From contig NC_057711.1 in the NCBI RefSeq assembly GCF_004010195.1, forward strand, positions 71,691,385-71,755,384: a DNA stretch of 64,000 nucleotides. The letters run 5' to 3'. The translations under genes and the position numbers were made by a program. Shown in pieces: positions 37,400 through 51,489 of this stretch. Below the pieces are notes generated by a model. The model had not been told where the DNA came from and did not search any database. It worked only from the letters and a program-made list of their open reading frames with translations. This stretch comes from Chiloscyllium plagiosum (lineage: Eukaryota). The stretch's first letter is position 1, and every line of letters starts with the position of its first letter.

Positions 37400-37743
37400 G
37401 AGCAGCATGGTGGCTCAGTGGTTTGTACTGATGCCTCATAATGCTTGGGAGCTGGATTCGATTCCTGCCTTGGGTGATGTTTGTGTGGAGTTTTCATGTT
37501 CTCCCTGTGAGTTTCCTCTGGGTGCACCGATTTCCTCCCACAGTCCAAAGATGTTCAGGTTAGGTGGATTGGCCATGCTAAATCACCCACAGTGTCCAGG
37601 GAGGTGCAGACTGGGTGGATTAGCCATGTAAACGCAGGATTACAGGGATAGGGTGGGTGTAGGTGGGATGCTCTTCAGACGATCAGATCAGTATAGATTT
37701 GATGGGCCAGATGGTCTGCATCTGTAGTGTAGGGATTCTATGA
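37400..37743 (+). mobile_element. HE1-like V-SINE
   Basis: gcagcatggtggctcagtgg...gattcgattcc head, V-domain, tail gtagggattctatga. Confidence 0.85.
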
Positions 37744-37864
37744 CATGTTGTTACATGCCTCTGGAGCAGGTGAGACCTGAAGGGATGGAGGTGGCAGTGT
37801 TGAACAGGGTGGAATAAATTTGTTGGACTATAACCTGGTATTGTGTGATTTTTAACTTCATAAG

Positions 37865-38362
37865 ACATGCCCTCCAGTCAAGGCAGCATCCTGGTAAATC
37901 TCCTGTGCACCCTCTCTAAAGCTTTCACATCCTTCTTGTAATGAGGCGACCAGAACTGAACACAATATTTCAAGTGTGGTTTAACCAGGGCTTAATAGAG
38001 CTGTAGCATAACCTCACGGCTCTTAAACTCAATCTCCTTGCTAATGAAAGCCAACACACCATACGCCTTCTTGACAACCCCATCAAATTGGATGGCAACT
38101 TTGAGTGACGTGGACCCCAAGATCTCTCTGTTCCTTCACACTGCCAAGAATCCTGCCTTTAACCCTGTAATCTGCATTCAAATTCGACCTTTGAAAATGA
38201 ATCACTTCACACCAGGTTGAACTTTACCTGCTATTTCTCAGCCCAGCTCTACATCCTGTCAATGTCCCGTTGCAACCTACAAGAGCCCTCTATCCACAAC
38301 TCCACCAAGCTTTGTGTGGTCTGCAAACTTACTAACTCGCCCTTCCACTTCATCATCCAATT
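37865..38362 (-). mobile_element. CR1 internal fragment
   Basis: Reverse complement of the SKFADHTK to [15 protein letters not shown] region. Confidence 0.85.
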
Positions 38363-38884
38363 TCAATTACAAAGATCAGGAATCAGAGATGACAAGGTTG
38401 ACCCCATTAGCATCTGAAGCTGATGCCTTGAGTCTCCAACCAAGACTACATGGTTACATATGATTAGTTTGAGCTGAATGCAATCTCCAACATTAACTCT
38501 TTCAAAATCATTATCTTATATAGCATCTCTTCTTGATATTACAGGGTGGCTCTGATTGCAAACATTATGTTTTGTGAGCATTGCATGTCAACTCTGAGAT
38601 GTATTTCAACCAAAAAGGATTATCCTCACTCAACACCCTGCTGGTTTGTGAGTCTACATGAATATGCTAGCCAGTGCCCAGTATCCTGCTAGTAGTCAGG
38701 ATGTTTTCATTCTGTGATGGTCTCCCATTCCACCTGAATTTGAGCTACAATAACAAACCAAGGGATGGATACTGGATGATAAGCTCTGAGTGATAGGGGA
38801 TATCCATTGACCACATGACCCAAGCACAGATGAACAGAAGCATGCATACACAGAAAGCCATATCGTTACGCAAAATGTAATACA

Positions 38885-39620
38885 GAAGGTCCTGGGGAAT
38901 GTTGCTGAACAAAGATACCTTGGTGTGCAGGTTCATTGTTCCTTGAAAGTGGAGTCACAGATGGACAGGATCGTGAAGAAGGTATTTGGTATGCTTGCCT
39001 TTATTGTTCAGTGCATTGAGTGTAGGAGTTGGGATGCCATGTTGCAGCTGTACAGGAGTTTGATTCAGCCACTTTTCGAATTCTGTGTGCAATTTTGGTC
39101 TCCCTGCTGTAGGAAGAATGTTGTGCAACTTGAAATGTTCAGAAACGATTTACGAATTTGTTACTGAGGTTGGAGGGTTTGGGTTATAGGGAGAGACTGA
39201 ATAGGCTGGGCCTTTTTACCCTGGAGCATCAGATGCTGAGAGTGACCTTATAGAAGTTTATAAAATCATGAGGAGTATGGATAGGGTAAATAGACAAGGT
39301 CTTTTTCTCTGGGGTGGGAGAGTCCCAGACTAGAGGGCAAAGATTTAAGGTGAAAGGGGAAAGATTTAAAAAGGACTGAAGGGGCAACATTTTCATGCAG
39401 AGGGTAGTGCGTGTATGGAATGAGCTGCCAAACGAAGTGGTGGAGGCCGGTACAATTACAAAACTTAAAAGGCACCTGGATGGGTATATAAATAGAAAGG
39501 GTTTAGAGGGATATGGGTCAAATGCTGGCAGATAGGGCTAGATTAATTTAGGATATCTGGTCGGTATGGACAAGTTGGACCAAAGGATCTGTTTCCATGC
39601 TGTACAGCCCTATGACTCTA
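38885..39620 (+). mobile_element. CR1 3' fragment
   Basis: VHCSLKVESQMDRIVKKVFGML...FCVQFWSP; tail ctatgactcta. Confidence 0.95.
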
Positions 39621-40439
39621 ACTCCCCACAAATTATTTTCCCATAGTTAATACTTATACAGTTCAGTGTTTAATTACTTTTATATTTCTCCCCATAACTT
39701 CAACTGAAGGACCTCTAATCTCCTGCATTCTCTTCCTTGCAAAGTCAGATTGTTGCCTCACAACAATGTCTCATGGCTTTTGTGAAATTTGTGGATGTGC
39801 TACGAATTTCATCCCTGCCATACCTTTATCCCAATATAAAATCTGTCTCTTCAATTGATAAACGAGAAAAACATTTCCACAGTAACAATTCTATCTGCTA
39901 TGTCATTCCAAAAATTAACTTTGTACAACGGAACAGGTTCATATGCCCCAAAGATACCTTTTTTAAATGTTTCCTCTTTCAGCCAACCTTCTGACCGCAA
40001 ATCATATCATCAGCCTTCATCAATGGTCGCACTCAAAATATTAATTTGCTTACTTATGTTGTTGGAGTAATATGGGATCACTTCTCCCTTAGAGACAAAA
40101 CTTTAGCTCCTCCAGTAAACTGACTTTTTGTGACAGTATTTAAGAAAAAGTGTCCTTTATTATCTTAAGCCACACCCACTATTCTAGTAAATTCTGAGGG
40201 AATGCATTTCATCTGCATTATTGTCACTATTTCATTTATTGCAACTGTGTTTTCTGAAGCATCCTTACTATTCCCACCAGTTTATTGCTCTACTTCCAAT
40301 AATTGCTTTCATATGCCTTGTATTAAGGACATGAAAGCACACTGATAATTTTTACTCTCATCAATTTAGTTTCCTGCAAATTATTTAACTTTTCTTTCAC
40401 CAATCCCTACTTTTTTATTTATTCCTCAATTTGAATTTC

Positions 40440-42235
40440 TCTGTCCCTTTTTCTCTTGCCAACTTCTTTCTCTGGAGTTTGTCCAATTATTTGTGGGCAA
40501 CTTGAGTGCGTGGAGGCAGACAGATGGTCATATGACTCACTGCACTGCTGCAGCTTCTGGGCAATGAGGGGCCCCTGAATCCAAAGTATCTGTCTGCCTC
40601 TCCTGCCCCCCCTGTGGATATGAATAAAGCTTCTCATTGCTGGCCCCACAGGGTTGTCTCCTGCCTGGGGCTGACCAGATTCCTGTTTCCAGCAGCCCTC
40701 CTAGTGCCAATTGCATGGGTTATTTCTTCCTCTGTCAGCTGCAGAGCTGTCACTGTGAGTTGCTCAACACAGATTGTATGCCTGCTATGTGAACAGTTCC
40801 CTCCTGAGGCGGCTGTATCTGAATTGGTGGAGGAGGCGATGCCTCCTGAGATGCCTCAAAACTCTTGTCCTCAGAGGTCAAGGGTATGGGTCTTCTGTAG
40901 TCCACCATCTCTCTACAGACTCTGAGTTAGGTTTGGGGAGCCTACAAGACAAAGGAGAGAGAAAATGCTGCAGCCAGTGGTCGGACATATTGTCCAATGA
41001 CTGAGAGTGATAGAGGGGTTAATGGCAGAGTAGCAATGGTGTGCAGTGTGCAACTTGTTTGGTGGGTCATGGATGTTTCTGCAATCCCACATGAGCAGTC
41101 CCCTTCTCCGCCTGTTCGGGGCAGGATTCTCATCTTGTGCGGTGTCATGGCACAGATGTCAAACACCATTCCACCCATACGGACTTGCTCTGCCCAATAA
41201 TGAGAGACAGTGGGGTAATGAGGGATATAATAGTGTGTGGCACGGCTTAGTCCAAGGGACCAAAGAGGCAGCAAAGAGGTCATGCAGTGACAGTGGTGTT
41301 CGGGCTGGGCGGGATTAGTGGATGAGGGAATGGATGTGCGTCATGGTGGCTCAGTGGTTAGCACTGCTGTCTCAGAATGCCAGGGACCCTGGTTCGATTC
41401 CACCCTAGGGTGACTGTCTGAAAGGAGTTTGCCCATTCTCCCAGTGTCTGTGTAGGTGTCATCTGGTTGCTGCGGTTTCCTCCCACAGTCCAAAGATATT
41501 CACGTTAGATGGATTAGCCATGCTGAATTGCCTCTTTAAGTCCAGGGATGGTAAAATGCGGGGTTACAGGGATAACATAATGGGCTGGGTGGGATACTCT
41601 TCAGAGGATCGATGTGCCAAATAGCCTCTTTCTGCACTTTAGTGATTCTATGATTTCTATGAAGGTGTCGTAGGCAACGGGGAGACTAGTAGGGCATAAG
41701 CCTTGGTGAGAAGTGTTTGCAATTGCACAGATAGAATATGTGAGATGGCAGAGGGAAGAGAGTGACACTTACCCTGACATTGAGGAGAATGTCATGGACC
41801 TGCTTTCTATATTGCTGATTATTCCACCCCCACCCAACACCCCCACCCTCCCCACCAGAGATGGCACTGACCAGGTGGCAACCTCAGACCAGGCTGGCAT
41901 GGTCTCTTGATGCAGCCTCTTCTGGTTGTCCTCCAGAAAGAAAATGCATCTCCTTTGGACCACCCTGCCCACCAGGATCTTCAGATCACTATCAGAGAAT
42001 AGCTGTGCCATCTTCCCCTTCTCTGGCATGTTGTCCTCAGGCGAGCAAGGTTGTTTCAGAATGTTAAGCTCGTTTGGATGCACTGCAGCATTTTAAAGAT
42101 GGCACAGACACAAGGGATGCTGGTGTATCAGAAATTTACTCAGAGGCATAGGGACCATAGCAAAATGGGGCAGAAATCAGATAATGAGACAAAGTTTCTA
42201 GGCTTCATGGGGGAAAATCCTCCAAAACAGTCGAC
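40440..42235 (-). mobile_element. PIF/Harbinger-like DNA transposon relic carrying a spliced Myb/SANT-like DNA-binding gene
   Basis: KMAQLFSDSDLKILVGRVVQRRCIFF...AWSEVA, then QQYRKQVHD, donor GTAAGT at 41772-41767; second segment EQVRMGG..DI...TP; acceptor at 40943-40942; no transposase seen; ends approximate. Confidence 0.6.
41337..41662 (+). mobile_element. HE1-like V-SINE within the putative Harbinger intron
   Basis: ggtggctcagtggttagcactgctg...ggttcgattcc A/B boxes; tail gattctatgatttctatga. Confidence 0.88.
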
Positions 42236-42409
42236 ACCACTCTGATTTAGCCATATCAGCATCAGATTCAGCTCCAAGTCTTATTACCGGAAGGCATTCG
42301 GAGCCCAAAATCTTTCCAGCATCCAGTGTCTTCAGTATTTTTTTTGATAATATGTGAATGACAAGTGGTGTCTATGATTCTGGGGATTCTCAGGAAAAGG
42401 CTGAAATGG

Positions 42410-43270
42410 ATCACCCACACAGCGCTTCTGGATGAAGCTGGGTGCATATGTTTCTCCTATGGTGATCTTCCCCATCATTGAGGATGGGATCTTTGTGGAG
42501 CCACCTCTCCGTGTTAGTTGTTTAATTGTCCATCACCATTCACGGTTGGATGTTAATGGACTTAGATAGCTTATGTTTGAATGTATATGCCTCTTGGATT
42601 GCTTTGCGCTGTCTATTGCATGCTGCTTCCATCGTTTGGCAGGCTAATAGTGCTACGTTGTAGCTTCACCAGGTTCACACCCCATTTTTAGGTATGTCTA
42701 CTGCTTCTCTTGGTATGGCCTCCTACACTCTTCATTGAACACAGGTTGGTCCCATGGCTCGATGGTAATAGTAGAATCAGGACCATGAGATTGTAGATTA
42801 TGGTTGAATACAATTCCTTTGCTGCTAATGGTCCGCCTGTCCTCATGGATGCCCAGATTTGTGTTGCTAGATCTGTTCAAATGCTATCACATTTAGTGAA
42901 GTGCTAGTGCCACTCAATAAGATGCAAGGTATCCTTGGAAGACAGGACTTCATTTCCACAAGGACTGTGGCAATGCTGCCACAACAGATATATCTGCAAT
43001 AGATACATTGATGAGGACAAGATCAAGTTGGCTTTTCCCTCCTGTTGGTTCCCTCACCACCTAACAGATCAATCTAACAGATATGTTCTTTAGGACTGGA
43101 CCAGCTTGGTCAGTAACGCAGCTGCCAAGAAACTCTTTGTGGTGGACATTTATCCTCCACCCAGAGTGCATTCTGTGCCTCAGTGCTTCTCCAATTGGTG
43201 TTCAACATAGAGGAGGACTGATTTATCCGCTGAGGAAGTTGTGCAGCAGATAGTCATCAGCTGGAGGTTT
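42410..43270 (-). mobile_element. LINE-B endonuclease/linker relic
   Basis: STITIEPWDQPVFNEECRRPYQEKQ is the PWF.EECR linker motif of APE-RT LINEs. Confidence 0.65.
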
Positions 43271-43747
43271 AAATCCCTACATACATGCTCACACAATGTC
43301 CTATGAGAAAGGACATTTGAACGTTTTGCAAAGCTATAAAGTCACTGTCACACCACTTAAGTAATTTGTTGAACTTTTCTTCAAATGGCTCTTAATGCTT
43401 TTAGAGATTTCTCACTCAGCTGTCTCTTGTAATTTATGACAGTGGAATGCTTGACTACAATGATAGGTTCCATCACAATGAAGTTAGTCTCAAATCAGTC
43501 AGCAATTTTCCTCTCATTTCCCTTATTATGAGAGTGTTGTATTCTAACTATTGGCTTGCAATATGTTCCATTTTGCTTTAATACTCTGTGTGGGAATGCC
43601 AGAAAGAGGTGATCAATTGAGACATTGAATATCTGTGTAGGCAGTACGGCTGATGGTGATGCAAAGTCAGTATCTCTGCTTTTAATTAAAAACCTTCAAG
43701 TGTTGCATTTGCCTATCACCTGAAAAAAATGTGTGAATTTTATGCAA

Positions 43748-44125
43748 GGGGCGACAGTGGTGTACCTGTATTGGTAATGTCACTGGACTCATCATTCAGA
43801 GGCCCAAACTAATGCTCTGGAGACCTGGGTTCAAATCTTACAATGACAGCTGGTAGACCATTAAATTCAACTAATAAATCTGGAATCTAAAGCTAGTCTC
43901 TGTAATATTGGCCATGCAACTATTGTGCACAGTCATTCAGAGCTTATCAGGTTCCTAACACCACTTAGGGAAAAAAAAATCTGCTGTCCTTTCTTGATCT
44001 AACCTATATGTGACTCCAAGTCCACAGCAACTCTGGACTGTGCTTGCAAGCCCCTCTATTCAAGGGCAGTCAAGGATGGATAACACATGTTGGCCTTGCC
44101 AATGATGCCCTCGTGCCATGAAAGA
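43748..44125 (+). mobile_element. tRNA-headed SINE sharing both head and tail with LINE-B
   Basis: tggtaatgtcactggact...gggttcaaatc (B box); 3' tcaagggcagtcaaggatgg...ggccttgccaatgatgccc matches the LINE-B tail. Confidence 0.75.
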
Positions 44126-47100
44126 AGGGCCTCAAGTAAAAGCTAGGCCTTGGATTTATATATGCAAAATGTCCTTATTATGCATTTCAATTACATTTCC
44201 TGAACGCTTATGGAGAGGCACCAGCCAACGTGACAAATGGTGAAGTTCTGGCACAGAATGCATATATGCATATGTATTAAACCTTTAAGACACTGGTTCT
44301 GTACTTGTAAAGCAAGCACAGCATGATCCAATTCCTTGGCTGCTTGAGTGCTTTGTGGAAGACGTTTTGGAGGGCTCTGAACAGCAAATACAAGAATCAG
44401 CAGCTTCAGAAAATGAGGCTAGGAATTACGGCACAGCTTTACCGTGCAAAAGCATGAATAATATCTAAAGAGCATCACCTTTTTTTTGTGAATTCTCCCA
44501 GAGCAGCCAAAGCTCCTTTGAGTACAGATTTGCTTTGTGCAAGTTTCTGAATGACTTCCTCCAACAATGACCTGAACCCTAGAAATTATGCTGCCAGAGC
44601 TAGGACACACAGTGGATGTAAATTAGGTGCACTTTCTTACATCAAAGCAATTAGTCTGAGTGAAAGAAGGACTTCAGGACAGTTTGCAAGAGGCAGTTTG
44701 CTTAATTAAACCCAGCCACCAATTATCAAATATTTCTTAGACATTAATGGGCCCTCTGTATGTGTAATTAAATTTTTATTGTGGTTGAATTTGCATGGAT
44801 TAAACCACAATCTGTTCAGTTGGGGGTTAGTTAATATTCAGTGCAAAGCTACAGCTGTCCTCAATCTCAGTAGGGAGGCCAGGGGAAAAAAATAGAGGCA
44901 GTAGAATAAGGTGAAGTAATAGGATAGCTATTCATTTTGTGCACCCAGTCGACATTCTTCACAGTCCTTAATGTTATAGTGAAGTGTGAAGAAAATACAA
45001 TGCGGAATAGCAGGTAGCAAAAGCCAGTCCCTCCCCTGAACCAGCCCACAGAAAAGGGAAACTGAGAAGACGAGTAATTGTGAAATCTTCAAGAAAGGTC
45101 AAGAGTGTGAAGGAAAATGCTGTGAACCCATGTTCATTCATGCCAATCATACGTTGCTTTTAAATCACATGATCAACCCATTTTCTCTTAGAAACAACAC
45201 ACTCACTATTGGAGCTCCCAAAAACATTGTTTTCCACAATAAAATTGTATTTTTGGCAATGAGATCATATGCGCATTCATGCTTAAGTCATTTTAGAATT
45301 GTATGTTTAACATTGAAATTCCAGGTACAGTCTAGAATATTAAAATATAAACCCTTCTCGTTTTCTCTCCTCCCATCCTCAAGATGTCAATACTTACAGT
45401 GGTACCCTCCAGAAACTACAAGTACATCACCAAGTGTCAGGGATGAGTGAATGTTGGGAGACTATTTAACCTTGTAGCACAACCTCCCCTCTCATTAAAA
45501 TAAATCTGCTTTCATTCTAATTTTTTTTCATTTCCTATGCACCTACACAGTAATTTGTCTTACAGTTGTTCTTTCATCCAAAATACGTCTTCTTTTCACC
45601 CATGCACAATTACATCTATTCATTACCCCACCCCCTTCTATTTGGTAATGTGAATTTATGTGGGCCAGTTGATCGATGGTTAGAGTGCCATGAAAACAAT
45701 TACTGTGACAGGCAACTCTTTTTATTTGAAATTGCAATGATCACAATAGCCAGAATGCTCTCTGCCAATTACCAGTCACCATCCACTATACAAGGAGTAC
45801 AGATTACTACTGCACTTAACCATCTCAAAGTTACAAGAACTCTCAGGAATCTTGCTAATGTGTACCCAAGAAAAAGCAGCGCTAAGGTCCCTGCTGACAT
45901 TTTGACTAATGAGTCAGATAAGATATGAATACAAGTAAAAGAGTATATAACAGATTTCAGCTCATTAAAATGCTATGTCCACTTAGAGTGCATTAAATAT
46001 TGGCTCACATTTCATTTCTCCTATCAATACATTACAAATAGTACATGAAGAAAAATAGTTGTGTCAAAGTACAAGTACCCTTTATCGCTTCAGCAAATAC
46101 ATTTTGTCGAGGCTTCCTTTAAAAATATATATACAGTACCACGCTAATTGTTTTTAAACCATGTAAGGAAGCTTGAAACAGTCAGGATGTCAACAAAATG
46201 CACTGAAGAAATATGGCAGTTCCCAGGGAGAGATTTGTTCCATGGTGATGCAGACTGTTTGAGTTAGCCAATGCTTGATTGATTATACTTGCATCTCTGA
46301 CCTATTTCATTTAGTCACTAAGAATCTCTTTCCCAGTTTTTCAGTTTGACTGAAGTTAGCATTGACTGCTGAGCATGCCTATTAAAGGCAACAAACAAAT
46401 AAATCACAGCATATTGCAAAATGTAAGCATAGTAATTCTTCCTGTGTGTGTAATTTTATTGCCCCTTTCACAATGGTGACTGTCATACATTCTTTCTTGT
46501 CTCTGTGCAGAACTGCAATTATCCAATTTTAGCCATGAAAGGCAAATTTGCAGTTACACTGTGAAGCAGTTTATATTTGAAGTATTAGAAGGAAAGGGTA
46601 GTTTGGGATGGAGGAGGGTAGTCATGGCAAGCAGACACAAGGAATATAGGTGGAGAGCCAACACCAGTCCCCTGGGGTTTTCGGTAATCAGCAGACAAAT
46701 GGTCTACATTCACAGCATGCATTCATTCTGCAACAAGAGCCTGCCAACAAGAGCCTGACTGTGTGTGTGTATGTTATGTGCAAAAGCCTGCATTTCACCA
46801 TTCAGCTGCCTGGGAATAAAAAGCTGATGACAAACAGTGCTCTGAGCCTCTGACATTTCTGTTTGATCTGGTTAGATCCAAGCATTACTCAGATGCTGCA
46901 GAATGAACAAATTGTGGATTTCTGACAATGATGTCATGTGCTCAACTAGTGAAGATCATATATGTCATTTTAAGAAGACTGGTAATTCATGAAATGGCCA
47001 AATCATTTTAGCGTATTGGTACTCTAAATATCTTTCATTCTCAAAAAAATCCTGTTTAGTTGTTATCAGGATGAAAGTTTCCATATATAAACTGTTAATT

Positions 47101-49029
47101 TTTCACATTTTAATGGAACACAATTAAAGATTTCTTTAAAAATTATAATGAACACATGACTTACATTTGTCAGAAACACGGTACCATCAAATTCAAAATT
47201 TGTTTCACTTCTTTGTAAAAACAAGCCAGGGTTATTTTTAGTGTTGATTTGCTTCTTTTATGAATGGAGCAGTATGGCTGCAGACCAACAAAAACATAAT
47301 TTCCAATTGATTTTACAGGAAGTATGAACATATTTCTTTTATAAACGCCATCACACTGCCATGTGACTAACCACACATTCTGTAACATAAATTAAAGCAG
47401 ACTAGTCACAGATGGCTTCTGTGTATGTTTTCCAGAACTGAAAGCTACAGTTCAATTTTCTATTAATAATTAGCCTAATGCTGCTTTTAGTAAGGATGGT
47501 GTACATTGAAACGTCTTACTAATGAACGAATAAGCATCCGTGAGACCATTAAAAAAATAACATTTTGCCTCCTTTGAGATTAAGCATCCAGCACAGTGCT
47601 AAGGCATTTAGATCAACAAAGTCCCTATGTTTCATGACTAGTCTCTGCTGAATTATCTGATCTCAGCTGGACTACATTATAGGCACTTCAATCAGCCTTA
47701 ATGAATTGTGGGGCTCTATTGCAATGGTAGTGCTCCTAGCTGTGGGCCAGAATACCTGTGATCAAGTTCCACCTCCTCCAGAGGGTGTCTGAAAAGTTTA
47801 GTTAAAAATATTTATACCAGGATTAGAGGTGAAAATTCAGCTGGAATGCATATTTTTGATCACTTAGTAACCTTAGTGTTTATGTGTAGGCAAAGGGTGC
47901 GGGGCATGAGTCATTGTTCACACATCTCTGGATAGATGACACTTTTCTTATGGGGGAGTTGAATTGATGCTTTAAAGTGCAATTTTCAAACAAAAATAAT
48001 GTTCAGTAATGACTATCATTTAGTACCCTTGTTTACTTCAAGTAACATTTAATTTTCCCTAAGGTTAGTGTGGCTGGAATCTGTCATCTGCAGATTCTGG
48101 TGAAGTGATTTACAACATAGAACTGAAACTCTCGGAACAAGAGTACAAGGTCATTATCGAGAGACCGATATTTGCCAGTCTTATTTATTCTCTCCACAGA
48201 CAGCCAAGGCAAAAGTGCAGCTTGCAGCATTAAAGCTTTTCAATCTAGTTTCTCGACCTTAGGCATTGATCGGCAATGCATCGCTGTATTTTTCTGGATG
48301 TACTCAAATGCGTTCTGAACTAATAGCTGTCATGGTTACTTTTTCAGACATGCAACATAAACACGCGCTATGCACAGTCGGTTCTCTATTGGAAAAGGCA
48401 GGCTTTCACACAAACTGAACACATTTTAAAATTCCTCAATGTATTACTGTTTCGCTTGTCATTTTTGTTTTATGCCCAATATTAGAAAAGGACATGGAAA
48501 TCACAGAGGGGTTGGACCGGATTTGATCTCACGAGATCTATTGGAACTGAATGGGACTAGAAGAGTGCAGGGAACTTTTGGACTGTCACTTACATATGAC
48601 ATGTTGATGATGTCATCATTGGCCTTTGGTCTGACTGCATAAGGCGCGAATCTATACTTGTAATATTTTCTCATCTATGATTATCAATTTCACAAAGATC
48701 ATTTCCATGCTTCCTAGATTCCCATTAAAAACAATGGTACATTTCTTTAGCAATTGTGATAGACCAGACTTAGAAGCTGAAGGTGATTTCCTTAATCCAG
48801 TTGAGTTTGATTTTCTTCAACAGGTTCTTCCCAATAAAGTTGGAAAATTTCCTTTGGTAGCATGTGAGGGCAAATCTTCAGACTGACCACATAACTGAAC
48901 ATTCACATCAATGGAACCTCTTAAAGGGATCTTGCAACTGTATACATCTTTGTACAGTTTTTTACTCGGTTACTTCTGATTCACACTTTCAGGTATCAAG
49001 GAAACAGAAGTTCCAGAATCCATGTTTTT

Positions 49030-51475
49030 TATAATTCATTCATGGGTCTTGGGCTCATTGGCTAGCCAGAATTTTTATTGCCCTGTTTGCCCCTGAGACT
49101 TGAAGACTACAGTCCACCTGCTGATCTAAAATGCTGTAAGAGAAAGAGTTACAGCATGTTGATCCAGTGACAGGTGAAAGAACGATGATATATTTTCAAG
49201 TCAGGATGGTGAATGGCTTGAAAAGGGATTTGCAGGTGGTGGCATTCCCATGTAATTGGTTGCCCTTATCCTTATAGATGGAAGTGGTTGTGTGTTTGGG
49301 AGGCGCTATCTCAGAATCTTCAGTGAATTTCTGCAGTGCATCTTGTAGATAGTGCACGCTACTGCTACTGAGCATCGGTGGTGGAGGGATTGAATGTTTT
49401 TGGATCTGGTGCCAATCAAGTGTTTACCATGGAGAAGGATATGGAAGATTGAGAATGTGGGGAAGTAAATAGCGATATCTTGAAAAATGTCCATATTACA
49501 GAGGAGGAGATGTTGGACATCTTAAAAATGCATAAAGTTGGATAAATCCCTTGGACCTGATCAGGTATATCCTGGAACTCTGTGGAAAACTAGGGAAGTG
49601 ATTGCTGGGTCTCTTGATGAGACATTTGTATCATGGATAGTTACAGGTGAGGTGCTGGAAGACTGGAGGTTGGCAAACATGGTGCCACTGTTTCTGAAAG
49701 GTGGAAGGACAAGCCAGGGAACTATAGACCAGTGAGCCTGACATCGGTGGTGGTCAAGTTGTTGGAGGTAATCCTGAGGGACAGAATTAGCATGTATTTG
49801 GAAAGACCATAAGACCATAAGACATAGGAGTGGAAGTAAGGCCATTCGGCCCATCGAGTCCACTCTGCCATTCAATCATGGCAGATGGGCATTTCAACTC
49901 CACTTACCCGCATTCTCCCCGTAGCCCTTAATTAGCGATAGTCAATATTACTTTGTGCATGGGAAATCATGTCTCATAAACTTGATTGAGATTTTTGATG
50001 AAGTAACAAAGAGGATTGATGAGGGCAGAGTGGTGGACGTGATTTCTATGGACTTCAGGAACGTGTTCCACATAATAGACTGATTAGCAAGTTTAGATCA
50101 CATGGAATAGCGTGAGAACTAGCTATTTAGTTACAGCACTGACTCAAAGGTAGAAGACAGAGGGTGGTGGTAGAGGGTTGCTTTTCAGACTGGAGGCCTG
50201 TGACCAGTGGTGTGCCACAAGGATCAGAGCTGGGTCCACTACTTTTCATCATTTACATAAATGATCTGGATGTGAACATAGGAGACATGCTTAATAATAG
50301 TTTGCAGATGACACCAAAATTGGAGGTGTCATGGACAGTGAAGAAGGTTACCTCAAAGTATAATGGGATCAGATGGGCCAATCAGCTGAGGATTCGCAGA
50401 TGGAGTTTGATTTAGATAAATGTGAGGGGCTGCATTTGGAAAGGCAAATCAGGGCAAGACTTATACACTGAATGGTAAGTTCCTGGGTAGTGTTGCCGAA
50501 CAACGAGACCTTGGAGTGCAGGTTCGTAGTTCCTTGAAACTGGTGTCACAGGCAGATAGGATAGTGAAGAAGATATTTGGTATGCTTGCCTTTATTGATC
50601 AGTGCATTGAGTACAGGAGTTAGGAAGTCATGTTACAGCTGTATAGGACATTAGTTGGGCCATTTTGGAATGTTGCATGCAATTCTATTCTCCCTGCTAT
50701 ATGATGGGCATTGTGAAACTTGAAAGGGTTCAGAAAGGACTTACAAGTATATTACCAAGGTTGGAGGGTTTGACTATAGGGAGAGGCTGACTAGGCTGGC
50801 AATTTTTTTCCCTGGAGCATCAGAGGCTGAGGGGTGACCTTATGGAGGATTATAATATCATGAGGGACATGGATAGGGTAAATAGACAAGGTCTTTTCCC
50901 TGGGATGGGAGAATTCACAACCAGAGGGCATAAGTTTAGGGTGAGATGGGAAAGATTTAAAAGGGACCTAAGAGGCAACTTTTTCATGCAGAGGATGGTG
51001 TGTGTATGGAATGAGCTGCCAGAGGAAGTGGTGGAGGCTGGTACAACATATAAGAGGCATCTGGATGGTTATATGAATAGGAAGGATTTTGAGGGATATG
51101 AACCAAATGCTGGCAATTGGGACTAGATTTATTTAGGATATCTGGTCGCATGGACGAGTTGAACCAAAGGGTCTGTTTCCGTGCTGTATATCTCCATGAC
51201 TCTAAGTCTGTTGCTTTGTCCTGGATGGTGTCAAGTTTCTTGAGTGTTGTTGGGGCTACATCCATCCAGGCAACCGGGGAGTATTCCATCACAATCCTGA
51301 CTTGTGCCTTGTAGTTGATGGACTGGCTTTGAGGAGACACGAGGTGAGTTACTCACTGCAGTATTCCAAGTCTCTGATCTGCTTTGTGGCCACTATGTTA
51401 CTGCATTTATGTGGTGAGTCCAGTAGAGTTTTCGGTCAATAATAACCCCAAGAAAGTTGATTGAGTGAAGGTAAC
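49030..51475 (-). mobile_element. LINE-B 3' fragment split by a CR1 (pieces about 49030-49420 and 51203-51475)
   Basis: YKAQVRIVMEYSPVAWMDVAPTTLKKLDTIQDKA continues after the CR1 as IGTRSKNIQSLHHRCSVAVACTIYKMHC. Confidence 0.8.
49420..51202 (+). mobile_element. CR1 ORF2 relic with a nested minus-strand tail of another CR1 family (about 49805-49932)
   Basis: [30 protein letters not shown]; nested accataagaccataagacataggag. Confidence 0.93.
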
Positions 51476-51489
51476 ACCTTTGAATCTCC

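Noticed and set aside
41340..41405. tRNA-like sequences (also near 7300, 20130, 37405, 43770, 51770)
   Set aside because: They are SINE heads running into SINE bodies, with no complete cloverleaf
44340..44470. Protein-like short frame LECFVEDVLEGSEQQIQESAASENE
   Set aside because: About 40 codons, no convincing splice sites, no recognisable family
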